Positions 10,979 through 22,548 of a stretch of DNA of 64,000 nt are shown one piece after another (positions within the stretch are counted from its first letter, which is position 1; the number at the start of each line of letters is the position of its first letter). Made by a program: the position numbers and the translations under genes. Below the pieces are notes generated by a model, which was not told where the DNA came from, did no database searches, and was given only the letters and a program-made list of their open reading frames with translations. The stretch is from assembly GCA_002269645.1 (NCBI GenBank), contig NIVC01000083.1, forward strand, positions 372,001-436,000, written 5' to 3'. This stretch comes from Macrostomum lignano (lineage: Eukaryota).

Positions 10979-13900
10979 AATGTTAGCGAAGGGGTACGCG
11001 AACTACCCGGGTAACTCGTAAGACAGCGTGTGACACAGTTGTAGATCGCCCGGTCGAAACGCTATTAGAAGGAGGAACAACCCGTGCAACTTTTAGGTAG
11101 CGTCTATAAGGAGGACGAATCAGCCCAGGTCGCTGCCCAGGTGTTACGGCTTCCGTGCCTACGTTAGCAGCCCACAGTCGAACAGCCGGGACACTTGCGT
11201 CTCTTAGTGCAAAATTACGAAAGAACATCATTAAAAATGTTTCGTGACAGAATCACTGTCACGTAGTGTTAATGCATGAGTATGTCTCATTCTAGCTGGC
11301 CTCTAAATGTTGGCACGTGTTTGGGCCATGACCATGACCACGTTCCCTACGTCCATATCCCTCATGCGTTCGAATGTGGCCAGCTTGAGCTTTTTAATCC
11401 TGTGAATTTCATGTGTACGTCTGTGTACGTGTTTTTATCCGTTAGCCCCATATCTACACACGTGAACGAACGAAATTTCCTATACCTTATTTAATGTTTT
11501 GCTGTGTCCTTGTGGTTCTACTGTGGTTTATATGTAAATCTAGCACTACGTCGTCGTCCTCGTTGTCATAGTTTTCCTGTTCTTTGTACGTTATAATTAA
11601 CTCTGTCGTAACGGTAATTTTATAACTACGAATAAACATTTTGTAAAAATTTATGAAGTAAATAGGTACAGATATTCATAACTGAATAACCGCCAACCGC
11701 CTCACTCCACCAACCGCCTCCTCACTTCACCAAACGCCTCACTCCATCAACCGCTTCACTCCACCAACCGCCTCCTCACTTCACCAAACGCCTCACTCCA
11801 TCAACCGCCTCACTCCACCAACCGCCTTACTCCACAAACCGCCTCCTCACTCCATCAACCGCCTCACTCCACCAACCGCCTCACTCCATCAACCGCTTCA
11901 CTCCACCAACCGCCTCCTCACTTCACCAAACGCCTCACTCCATCAACCGCTTCACTCCACCAACCGCCTCCTCACTTCACCAAACGCCTCACTCCATCAA
12001 CCGCCTCACTCCACTAACCGCCTCCTCACTTCACCAAACGCCTCACTCCATCAACCGCCTCACTCCACCAACCGCCTTACTCCACAAACCGCCTCCTCAC
12101 TCTATCAACCGCCTCACCCCACCAACCGCATCACTCCACCAACCGCCTCACCCCACCCACCGCCTCACGACCCGATGTTCCTTTTCCATACGTAAATCCC
12201 CGATTAAAACACGGCGTCAAGTCCGACTCTGCAAGCCGTACGCAACAGGATGTGGTCCCGTTTTTTATTGCTGTTACTCCACCCTGTTACTCCTTAATTG
12301 TTTGGCTCCTGACGGCTGTCGAGACCCGAGCCTATTCCTGAGGAGCAGTAACAGCGACCATAACGGCGGAGGAGGCCGTGAACTTATTGACAACGATGTT
12401 TGTTATTGTTTTAGTCAGTTAAACCAACGTTCGTCGTAGAAAAAGTGACTTACTGTTGTGTTAAAAATTTTTTCTCTTAAAGTATTACTCCCAACTGGCG
12501 TTAACTTAAGTTCGTCGTGTCATAAAATGAACGTATCAAAAAAAAAATGCTCATGTACGTTTAATAAGACATCCAAATTTTAGCCTGTACGGAAGTTCGT
12601 TTGTTTTTTCCAGCTTAATTGTAAATATTTTAATTAAAAAACTAAAGACCTATTTCGCAAAGCACAAGTGGCGTTGAATAATGGACTTGAGAGAAGCAGA
12701 GAATACCGACTTCAACATGGTCTTTATCGCGTTTATTCGTTTTGAATCGTAGTCTTTAAGTAAGTTGAGATGAGTATCATTTTGCGTGTCAAAAATTCAT
12801 CGTTTTACACAAGTATGAATGCTTTATAGCTGGTCAAGAAACGCGTAGAGCCGCTACATGAAAAGGAAGAGCAGCACGTCGTCGAAAAACTGCAGAAACT
12901 CCTTCCGGGGTTTAAGCGGAAGCAGTAGGACCTGTCCACTCTTAACTTACGCCGTAATCCGAATGTACCCTGATGACCTCCCTCGACCGTTGACTGTGAG
13001 ACCCTCCGACCGGGTCGTTGACTGTGAGACCCTCCGACCGGGTCGTTGACTCCTAGACCCTACGACCGGGTCGTTGACTGTGAGACCCTCCGACCGGGTC
13101 GTTGAACCCTAGACCCTCCGACCGGGTCGTTGACCCCTAGACCCTCCGACCGGGTCGTTGACTCCTAGACCCTCCGACCGGGTCGTTGACTCCTAGACCC
13201 GCCGACCGGGTCTTTGACTCCTAGACCGTCCGACCGGGTCGTTGACTCCTAGACCCTCCGACCGGGTCGTTGACTCCTAGACCCGCCGACCGGGTCTTTG
13301 ACTCCTAGACCGTCCGACCGGGTCGTTGACTCCTAGACCCGCCGACCGGGTCGTTGGCTGTGAGACTCTCCGACCGGGTCGTTTACTCCTAGACCCTCCG
13401 ACCGGGTCGTTGACTGTGAGACCCTCCGACCGGGTCGTTTACTCCTAGACCCTCCGACCGGGTCGTTGGCTGTGAGACTCTCCGACCGGGTCGTTTACTC
13501 CTAGACCCTCCGACCGGGTCGTTGACTCCTAGACCCTCCGACCGGGTCGTTGGCTGTGAGACTCTCCGACCGGGTCGTTTACTCCTAGACCCTCCGACCG
13601 GGTCGTTGACTGTGAGACCCTCCGACCGGGTCGTTGACTGTGAGACCCTCCGACCGGGTCGTTTACTCCTAGACCCTCCGACCGGGTCGTTGGCTGTGAG
13701 ACTCTCCGACCGGGTCGTTGACTCCTAGACCCTGGCAAAGTTAGGTGTCTCTGCCGATTCGATCGTTCCTTCGAGTTATCATTTAGAATAGTTCGCCTTA
13801 AGTTTCGCACGTAACCACATTTTAACAGACATGACGTGTCGAGGCGTCAGAGTGTCAGTATTTGTCGAACAGCTTGAGGTCAAAGCGTCTCGGCAGTCAC

Positions 13901-16900
13901 AGGTCGAGGACTCGCCGGTGCAGGCAGTTGAGGACCTTGAACAGCAGCAAAGACGGACCCTTTTTGAGCGCGTAGTGGAGCCGTTTGAGCCAGAACAGGT
14001 CGTCTGGCCTGGGCGAACCCAGGAACCAAAACTTCCGCAGGTTGTCAGCCGGCTCTCAAGCGTACAGCAGGGTCATCTGGAGGAGCCTGTACCACGGGTA
14101 GTCGTGGCTCTTCTTGACGACCGTCGCGAGCAGGACCCGCATCGCAACGTTCCGCAGCATCTTCGACATCCGGGTGAGGTGGGCCTAGACGAGTTACGGC
14201 ATCTAAACCGCTTTGTCCGACAGTTGTTTCAGCGGGTAACCGCAGTTGCCAAATCGCAGCGGACAGAGCATGCGCCGGTGAACAAGCAGAAAGAGCGCAA
14301 AAGAACGCAGGGTTTAGAGGGCCTACACTTAAGACCGCAGCGCAAAGCAGTACGCTGCCAACAACTGCCCGCACGGCACGACCTCCTTGAAGCCGTGGAC
14401 TCCCCCAAACCTGCCAAACTGACAAACTCGACTTCGTTAAAAATGTTCGAGCTTTGAAGTAACTAGACAAAATAGTAAGACAATGCGTAAAACAATGCTT
14501 CAGTACTATTTTATCAGCATCTAAGTATTTCGGTTATGGGGGTTGTAGCCTAGTGGTTAGAGCATCGGACTCATGAATTGAAGGTCGGGGGTTCGATTCC
14601 TGATCCCACTGGACTAATTTGTGTCCTTGAGCAGGAGAATTAACTCTGCATCGCTTCAGTTCACCCACAGATAGAATAACTTCTAGTATCTGTGGTTGTA
14701 ATCAATTATTATTATTCTGAGGCAAATAACACGTCGAGATGTGCCATTTCTATGATTTTTAGGCACATTTTATGTACGTTGGATATAAGATTAACATAGA
14801 ATCCTAATTTTCTTAACGAAAAGCTTCATGAATATCAATAGATTGGGTCTCCTTTCTATCAAAAGCGATAACCATTTTTGTGCCGAATAAATGAAAACCT
14901 CCATCTCCGTAGTGTATTTTTCAGTAAAAACTGCCTTCTGAAATATTCCAACAAACGTACATGCAGCTAGCCCACAGGTTCCCCGATGTGAAATTTCGAA
15001 TATTTAAAGTTTCAAGTTACGATACGAAGAAAAGCTCACGGTACAGAGTGCTATTACCTTTGGCTATTAATCAATGAATTTTGAATAATTTTACAAGGAT
15101 ACCTTTTCATCATAGCCGAGCCCCTCCAGCATTTGAGCTTCTCCGGTTGTTAGGCCGGACATCTCTTGCAGGATTATGTCCACCAGCTCGTCGGACCTCT
15201 TGCCTTGGCTCAACTCCTTCCATCTGTCGGCGCCGCCAGAAATATACTCACCGCACCGTTCCCATTCCGGCCTAGGGGTGGAGTGATTGAGTAGACTCAG
15301 TAGATTTGATTGAGTAGACTCAGTAGATTTGATTGAGTAGACTCAGTAGATTTGATTGAGTAGACTCAGTAGATTTGATTGAGTAGACTCAGTAGATTTG
15401 ATTGAGTAGACTCAGTAGATTTGATTGAGTAGACTCAGTAGATTTGATTGAGTAGACTCAGTAGATTTGATTAAGTAGACTCAGTAGATTTGATTGAGTA
15501 GACTCAGTAGATTTGATTGAGTAGACTCAGTCGATTTAATTGAGTAGACTCAGTCGATTTGATTGAGTAGACTCAGTCGATTTGATTGAGTTGACTTAGT
15601 GGATCAGACAAGGTAAACTCTAATTAATTAGTAAAGCAAGATGATTAAAGTCTTATACCTTGGAGTTGCTGTGCCCTTCAGTTGTTCAGCTTCAGTGTAG
15701 TACTGATCCCGTTGCTTCAAAACTTGTTCGTACAGATCTTGAAGGGCTCTGGAATCAAGGAGATCATGTACAAAATAGACTATACGCTGGTATAAAAGTT
15801 TATTGATTACGAATTTTTAGATTTTTGTATAATTTGGACATGTGAAACAGACAAACAATTTCATTTGCTAACTCGGGACGATTGAATTTTTATAAAAGTA
15901 CAATTGTGAGACAACACATTACCGAAACACATTTTGTTATTATGATAAGTGAGAACTCGCTAGATATTTAGCTAAAGTTCATCCTTAAAAGGATACAGCA
16001 GTTGGACTGAAGAGTGAAAAATAACTGGGAAAATTAAACTGGGGTGAAGGGTTGGGGCAATTAAACTGCGGTGAGATGGGTGGGGCAATTAAACAGGGGT
16101 GAGAGGGGTGGGGCAATTAAACTGGGGTGAGATGGGTGGGGCAATTAAACTGGGGTGAGAGGGGTGGGGCAATTAAACTGGGGTGAGAGGGGTGAGGCAA
16201 TTAAACTGGGTGGGAGGGTCGGGGCAATTAAACTGGGGTGGGAGGGGTGGGGCAATTAAACTGGGGTGAGATGGGTAAGGCAATTAAACTGGGGTGAGAT
16301 GGGTAAGGCAATTAAACTGGGGTGAGAGGGGTGGGGCAATTAAACTAGGGTGAGAGGGGTGGCGGAATTAAACTAGGGATAGACAGTCGACCAATCAGAG
16401 TCAAGGAGGAGTTAAATTGAAAACTTGAGGAGATGGAGGGGTAGAGGTCCTGAATTAACTTAAATGCATTTTAACTTTGTACAGTTGACACGATTCTTCC
16501 GTACATACTGGTATGTACACGTACATAAAAACACGCGTTACACGAATGGAAAAGGGTGAACCCAAAATTTTCTAAGATGGTTTGTGCAGTGCTAAACATA
16601 TTCCAACGAAGTGATATCTGCAATATTTGTTGTCCTATACTTGAAGCTCAGTTGTCCATTCGAGTTCGTGATCTCAGCCTCTCGCTGATCAGAAGGGCAG
16701 GTTTGATCATCGTATTTGCTGAAGCTCGATTCCGCGTCCTCAGTTTGAGTTTGACAGTTGCTGAGCTGCCTGAGATTTCCTCTGCGTCTAATTAGTCCGT
16801 TAGCATTAATTAATAAGTATAGCAGTTACCACAGCATTATTGCCTCATAGTCGATTTTCATATATTACTCATCAGTAGTGCATATATAATACAAACTCCA

Positions 16901-19900
16901 AATGCTCGTGCGAGCTACATGAGGGCGAAAATGCAACAGAATAAGCTGACCAGATTTGGGCACCGATTCAAATTTAGAGCGCCGTTGTTATATAAAGTTA
17001 TAGGCTGACTGATTATACAGTTTATACTGGTCAACGATTTGAGGAAAAATAATTTTAACGGTATTGCAATAATCCTGGATTGTTACTTCTTTCTTTTCAG
17101 GGGGTACAACAGTCCCACCTATCTCATTGTCAGGCATGTGTGCCTCAGGGGTTGGCCCTATGAACGAGCCATAGATTACTACGGTTTAGACCCCCCCCCC
17201 TGAGCTATACCTTGTACTTTGAACCTTATCTTAATTAGTTTTACACACCTGTGCTCATCAATGAGTTTATCCGTATCTCGCTTATAATTTCCGTACTCCT
17301 CCTCCATGCTGGCGAACTGGGCGGACACAGTTTCGAATTGGCGCCGCGGCACCACGTCGGAATAGTCCGCCTCCATGCGGGTGATCCGGTCGATCAGGTC
17401 GGCCTGCGACTTCTTGGCCTGCGGGTTTGGTTTTAACAAATGTAACTATGAGAATTATATTCTCTTGTTGTCAAGGGATTTCGGTGAGAAAGATAAATGG
17501 GATTGGGGATTAGAAAATTAGGATAATTAGGAGGTAGGGGACTTTAGGGGTAGATTGAAAAAAACGGGAGATTAGGGAACTCAGGGGAATGGGAAATTTT
17601 AGTGTTTGGTTTTTAGAATTTTCTGAGGATTAGAGAAGTTACAGTTTTGAGATGGTAAATTTAACGGAAAATTAGGAGGAGGTTGGGGAATTTTGGAGGA
17701 TATTGGGGATCGGAGAACTAATTTCCCCGAATTTAGGAGGAGGTTGGGGAATTTAGGAGGATATTGGGGAACTTAGGAGGATATTGGGGAATTTAGGGGT
17801 AATCAGGGAATTTAGGAGGATATTGGGGAACTTAGGAGGAGATCGGGGAATTTAGGAGGATATTGGGGAACTTAGGAGGATATTGGGGAATTTAGGAGGA
17901 GATCGGGGAATTTAGGAAGAGATCGGGGAATTTAGGAAGAGATCGGGGAATTAAGAGCCTTCCACACCTGGTTGAGTCCGATTCGCAGCTGCACAGGGTC
18001 CTCGCCGCTGTCCTCAGAATCGGCAGCCTTCTTAAAGATGCTCATGTCCTCCTGTTGCGAGCGGAGCTCGTTCATGTCGGCTACTAGCAGCTTCCTGCTG
18101 TCGGCCTCGTCTCGATAGCGTTGCTGCATATCGGTGAGTTCGGCTTTCAGAGTCTCGACCTGCTGCTCCAGATCGTGCTGCTGTTCGTGCATTTTGTCGA
18201 TTTTCTCTCTCAGGCCGAGGTTGAGAGAGCGGAGCTGCCGCATTTCTGGGGGAGAGGGCGGTAATTTGGTATGGTTGTGAGCTCAACTGTTGTATTTGTG
18301 TCCGAGTTCTCTAGATTTGAGGCAATGTCCGTGTTCTCTAGATTTGAGGCAGTGTCCGTGTTCTCTAGATTTGAGGCAGTGTCCGTGTTCTCTAGATTTG
18401 AGGCAGTGTCCGAGTTCTCTAGATTTGAGACAGTGTCCGTGTTCTCTAGATTTGAGGCAGTGTCCGTGTTCTCTAGATTTGAGGCAGTGTCCGTGTTCTC
18501 TAGATTTGAGGCATTGTCCGAGTCCTTTATATTTGAGGCGTTGTCCAAGTTCTCCAGATTTGTGGTGTCAGTATTCTCTAGATTTGAGGCATTGTCCGAG
18601 TTCTTTAGATTTGAGGCAGTGTCCGTGTTCTTTAGATTTGTCGCGGTGTCCGTGTTCTCTAGATTTGAGGCATTGTCCGTGTTCTCTAGATTTGAGGCAG
18701 TGTCCGTGTTCTCTAGATTTGAGGCATTGTCCGTGTTCTCTAGATTTGAGGCATTGTCTGAGTCCTTTATGTTTGAGGCGTTGTCCAAGTTCTCCAGATT
18801 TGTGGTGTCAGTATTCTCTAGATTTGTGGTGTCAGTATTCACTATATTTGTGGTGTCAGTATTCTCTAGATTTGTGGTGTCAGTATTCACTAGATTTGTG
18901 GCGTCAGTATTCACTATATTTGTGGTGTCAGTATTCTCTAGATTTGTGGTGTCAGTATTCACTAGATTTGTGGCGTCAGTATTCACTATATTTGTGGTGT
19001 CAAATCTCAAGATTCATTGTGTCAATGTTCGCTAGATTTGTGCTGTCAAATCTCTAGACTTGTGGTGTCACTGTTTTCTAGATTTGTGTTGTCAGTATTT
19101 TCTAGATCTTTGGTATCAGCATTCTCTAGATTTGTGTTGTCAGTATTTTCTAGATCTTTGGTATCAGCATTCTCTAGGTTTGTGTTGTCAGTATTTTCTA
19201 GATCTTTGGTATCAGCATTCTCTAGGTTTGTGTTGTCAGTATTTTCTAGATCTTTGGTATCAGCATTCTCTAGATTTGTGTTGTCAGTATTTTCTAGATC
19301 TTTGGTATCAGCATTCTCTAGATTTGTGTTGTCAGTATTTTCTAGATCTTTGGTATCAGCATTCTCTAGGTTTGTGTTGTCAGTATTTTCTAGATCTTTG
19401 GTATCAGCATTCTCTAGGTTTGTGTTGTCAGTATTTTCTAGATCTTTGGTATCAGCATTCTCTAGATTTGTGTTGTCAGTATTTTCTAGATCTTTGGTAT
19501 CAGCATTCTCTAGATTTGTGTTGTCAGTATTTTCTAGATCTTTGGTATCAGCATTCTCTAGATTTGTGTTGTCAGTATTTTCTAGATCTTTGGTATCAGC
19601 ATTCTCTAGGTTTGTGTTGTCAGTATTTTCTAGATCTTTGGTATCAGCATTCTCTAGGTTTGTGTTGTCAGTATTTTCTAGATCTTTGGTATCAGCATTC
19701 TCTAGATTTGTGTTGTCAGTATTTTCTAGATCTTTGGTATCAGCATTCTCTAGATTTGTGTTGTCAGTATTTTCTAGATCTTTGGTATCAGCATTCTCTA
19801 GATTTGTGTTGTCAGTATTTTCTAGATCTTTGGTATCAGCATTCTCTAGATTTGTGTTGTCAGTATTTTCTAGATCTTTGGTATCAGCATTCTCTAGATT

Positions 19901-21296
19901 TGTGTTGTCAGTATTTTCTAGATCTTTGGTATCAGCATTCTCTAGATTTGTGTTGTCAGTATTTTCTAGATCTTTGGTATCAGCATTCTCTAGATTTGTG
20001 TTGTCAGTATTTTCTAGATCTTTGGTATCAGCATTCTCTAGATTTGTGTTGTCAGTATTTTCTAGATCTTTGGTATCAGCATTCTCTAGATTTGTGTTGT
20101 CAGTATTTTCTAGATCTTTGGTATCAGCATTCTCTAGATTTGTGTTGTCAGTATTTTCTAGATCTTTGGTATCAGCATTCTCTAGATTTGTGTTGTCAGT
20201 ATTTTCTAGATCTTTGGTATCAGCATTCTCTAGATTTGTGTTGTCAGTATTTTCTAGATCTTTGGTATCAGCATTCTCTAGATTTGTGTTGTCAGTATTT
20301 TCTAGATCTTTGGTATCAGCATTCTCTAGATTTGTGTTGTCAAATCTCTATAGATTAGCGTTGTCAGTGTTCTCTAGATTTGTGTTGTCAAATCTCTAGA
20401 TTAGCGGTGTCCGTGCTCTCTAGAAGTGGTGGCCATCAAGATTTTCTTGTTCTTTAGAAAAGGATTTCTGTATTCTCTAGAGTGATTTCATCTGACGGTC
20501 GGTTAAAGAGTTTCATGGCAGGCAGTTCAGTGAAGAAATTCACAGGGGAGCAAGTCCGGCAGTCCGGCAGCCCAGCAGGGTGCGCACTTATATCGACTAA
20601 AAAACTGCTAAGATCGCTAATATGAGATGAGATGTGTATCAGAATCTTTAAGATGAAGCTCCCTAGTACCGCAAATCTCAGTATTAAAAACTGGGCACAT
20701 GCAAGACCGTACTGAGTTTTAGGATTTTTCAAAAGCTCACCGTCCTTCTCCTCAGCCCGGATTGCCATGATCTTCTGGTCGCACTCCTGGCTCAGCGTCC
20801 ACAGCATCTCCTTCATGGGCTCGAGTCGGCGGATCTCGTCGCGCAGATGAGCGATCATCATCTCGTACTCGCGCTTGATGGCCGCCAACAACGGCTTGTA
20901 GGTTTTAAACGCTTCGATGAGGTATTCGAACACTTCACGGTGAATCTGCAGCCGAATAGTGCTGGCAGCCACCTCCGTGACATTGTGCGACTTCAATTCG
21001 CGTTTGAGATAGCCTTCGAGCTGTTCAAGAAATTTCGGTTTCGGTAGAAGATTCGGCCGACCAGCTGATTCGTCGTCAATGACAACCAGGCGACTGTCTT
21101 TGGTGAGCAGCACCTGGCTGTCGGGCACCGTGCGGCAGGAGGCGTGAGCCGGCCAGGTGTCCAACAGTCCGCTGGCCTCGGCGCCCGAGTTCAATGGTTT
21201 GGTTAGCGAAGGCGGAGGTAAGACGTACTTTTGGCCCTGCACCTCGTAAGTCATGGACTTGTCGGCGGCTGCTGTGGCGTTGCCAGCCGCTGCCAT
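10979..21296 (-). CDS. TSNAXIP1: Translin-associated factor X-interacting protein 1-like (coiled coil plus C-terminal EF-hand-like region), ~707-737 aa
   Basis: Normal minus-strand exons: 21296-20741 (LPKPKFLEQLEGYLKREL...EVFEYLIEAFKTYKPLLAAIKREYE), 18245-17968, 17418-17249, 15748-15659 (...TATPR), 15271-15103 (PEWERC...RWKELSQGKRSDELVDIIL...GLGYDEK). Exons read as plain reverse of the given strand: 14397-13855 (VPKFLQHGTPVNNRRMTKR...VEWAYSFYDALQRY...DAFKTKDPSGSGLLDKTEF), 12928-12822 (DDEGEFGAF), optional 12394-12305, and 11189-10979 (ADKLTPDDCIRAFGIVDP...RMGKRL*). All junctions are GT-AG with matching phases. Confidence 0.9.
11690..12170. repeat. 17/20-bp intronic minisatellite (raw AACCGCCTCACTCCACC)
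   Basis: Tandem array in the last intron of TSNAXIP1, inside the complemented block. Confidence 0.9.
12985..13732. repeat. 28-bp intronic minisatellite (raw GACCCTCCGACCGGGTCGTTGACTCCTA)
   Basis: About 27 units; the exact complement (not reverse complement) of the unit at 35905-36597. Confidence 0.95.
14539..14670 (+). mobile_element. tRNA-derived SINE (A box, B box, conserved core)
   Basis: GGGGTTGTAGCCTAGTGGTTAGAGC (A box), GGTTCGATTCC (B box), then TGTGTCCTTGAGC...GCTTCAGTTCACCCA resembling the Deu/Nin-type SINE core. Related copies at 29209-29350 and 37466-37740. Normal polarity, so it bounds the complemented block on the right. Confidence 0.75.
15281..15600. repeat. 23-bp minisatellite (GATTGAGTAGACTCAGTAGATTT)
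   Basis: About 14 copies starting about 8 nt from the TSNAXIP1 acceptor at 15272-15273. Confidence 0.9.
16035..16375. repeat. 28-bp G-rich minisatellite (GGGGCAATTAAACTGGGGTGAGAGGGGT)
   Basis: About 12 diverged copies, intronic. Confidence 0.9.
17690..17952. repeat. 20-bp purine-rich minisatellite (GGGGAATTTAGGAGGATATT)
   Basis: Tandem copies in TSNAXIP1 intron 2. Confidence 0.85.
18300..20420. repeat. Compound 27/24/48-bp array filling TSNAXIP1 intron 1
   Basis: 27-bp units (TTCTCTAGATTTGAGGCAGTGTCCGTG) grade into 24-bp units and then ~27 near-identical 48-bp dimers (~19060-20340). Explains ORFs 18210-20399. Confidence 0.95.
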
Positions 21297-22548
21297 GGCT
21301 GCAGTAGCGTTTTAATGTGCTTTAAACCGACTTCAAAGTATGGGAAAATAAACGGAGCACAGCTTTTCTTAAACACTGAAATGAATAAATATTTTAACTA
21401 TTAAATTCTTTCGGAATTTTGTCTTCCTAAAAATTTTCTCAAGCAAACAGAAAGAAGTTTAATTTTCAGCAACAATCTAGTTGATGAGATATTAAAAGCA
21501 TATTTGTTATAAAAATGTACACAGAAAAACATTATACCTATAAAATTCTAAAAGTTTTCTAATTTATAATTATGACTCAACCTTCTAGAATATCAAAACA
21601 TAACTTTGCTAAAAGGTTCATGATGTACGAAGTACATTTTAAAGCAGTTTGCTATAATTTGAGTTTTGGGTTTTTGGATCTGAGTTTTTGAGTTCTTGGG
21701 TTTTCAGTGTCTCTGGTGTTCACTGAGTTTATTGCACGCAGATGTAATTAAAGTACTGTAAAAATAGAAAAGGCCATATAGCTTGTCTAATACGTATTTT
21801 ACTTATTTCCCTTGTTCTTATAACTTGACCAAGAATGATTATTTAAATGCACATGTAAATCAGGTAAAATTAAAATTTTAAAAAACATCTATAGTATAAG
21901 AATTAGATTCCGAAAATTCCAAAAAACAATAAGTTTTAATAAAATATATTAAAGAAATTAGAAATACCAGTTTCAATGCGAATCCGAATCAGACTAACCA
22001 TCAAATACTGTTGATGTTGCATTTAAGAGACTATCTTAATAGGGCTTTAATAGCTTCTATGAAATTACAATGGTTAAACTCTAACCTAAAACCCTAATTG
22101 TAAAATTTAAGGTGACAGATTTTTACTATAGGTAAAACGTAAATCGTAACTCAGGTAAAGCTGAATAAAAAGCAAATTTATGCAGTTCGAAATTTACTTT
22201 CATTGTACTAGAAACAATAGTGTGTGTCTATTTATTAGTATGAATATTTTTATTTAAATAGCAAAAATTTTATTATGCTTTAAAAGAATAAACAAACAGT
22301 ATTATACCTTACAAAGTTAAACGTGCTTTTAGATTTTGTTTTTAATAGTAAACTTACTTTTATCAAACCACTCTATTCTATGTAAAATAATTGTGCTTAT
22401 ACGACTGACGATATTTATTCAGCTAGCCACGCGCATCCAGAATCATCCTCTCACAGTCCATTTAAAATAAAACTTCACCATAAGTACGTAACGTTGACTT
22501 TTGAAGCAACGTTAATTTCATATCATTTTAGCTACATCATTACAAAAA

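Larger units (their letters stand above)
5015..14500. other. ~9.5-kb block complemented in place (equivalent to reversed without complementing)
   Basis: Exons of both flanking genes appear only in the complement or reverse reading. The 28-bp repeat at 12985-13732 is the base-wise complement of the 35905-36597 array. By eye the raw text is rich in ACGT/CG and poor in TGCA/GC, the opposite of the flanks. Left edge ~5014/5015; right edge between ~14,445 and ~14,535. Confidence 0.95.

Noticed and set aside
13831-14457. 208-aa + strand ORF (MTCRGVRVSV...)
   Set aside because: It is the codon-reversed shadow of the TSNAXIP1 exon 14397-13855 and is in register with it. It stays open because the real exon avoids AAT/GAT/AGT, whose reversals are stops.
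5015-14500. Ordinary inversion or horizontally acquired/contaminant insert
   Set aside because: An inversion would still be readable in six frames and would reverse exon order. Here the host genes continue collinearly in the complement, so the block is host sequence.
14539-14612. tRNA gene
   Set aside because: A and B boxes are present but there is no clean acceptor stem; the sequence continues into a SINE core and has diverged copies elsewhere in the window.
18210-20399. 250-460-aa repetitive ORFs (NTDTASNLE, FSRFVLSV, Cys-rich)
   Set aside because: These are translations of an intronic 27/24/48-bp array. They are open in several frames on both strands and TSNAXIP1 splices cleanly across them.
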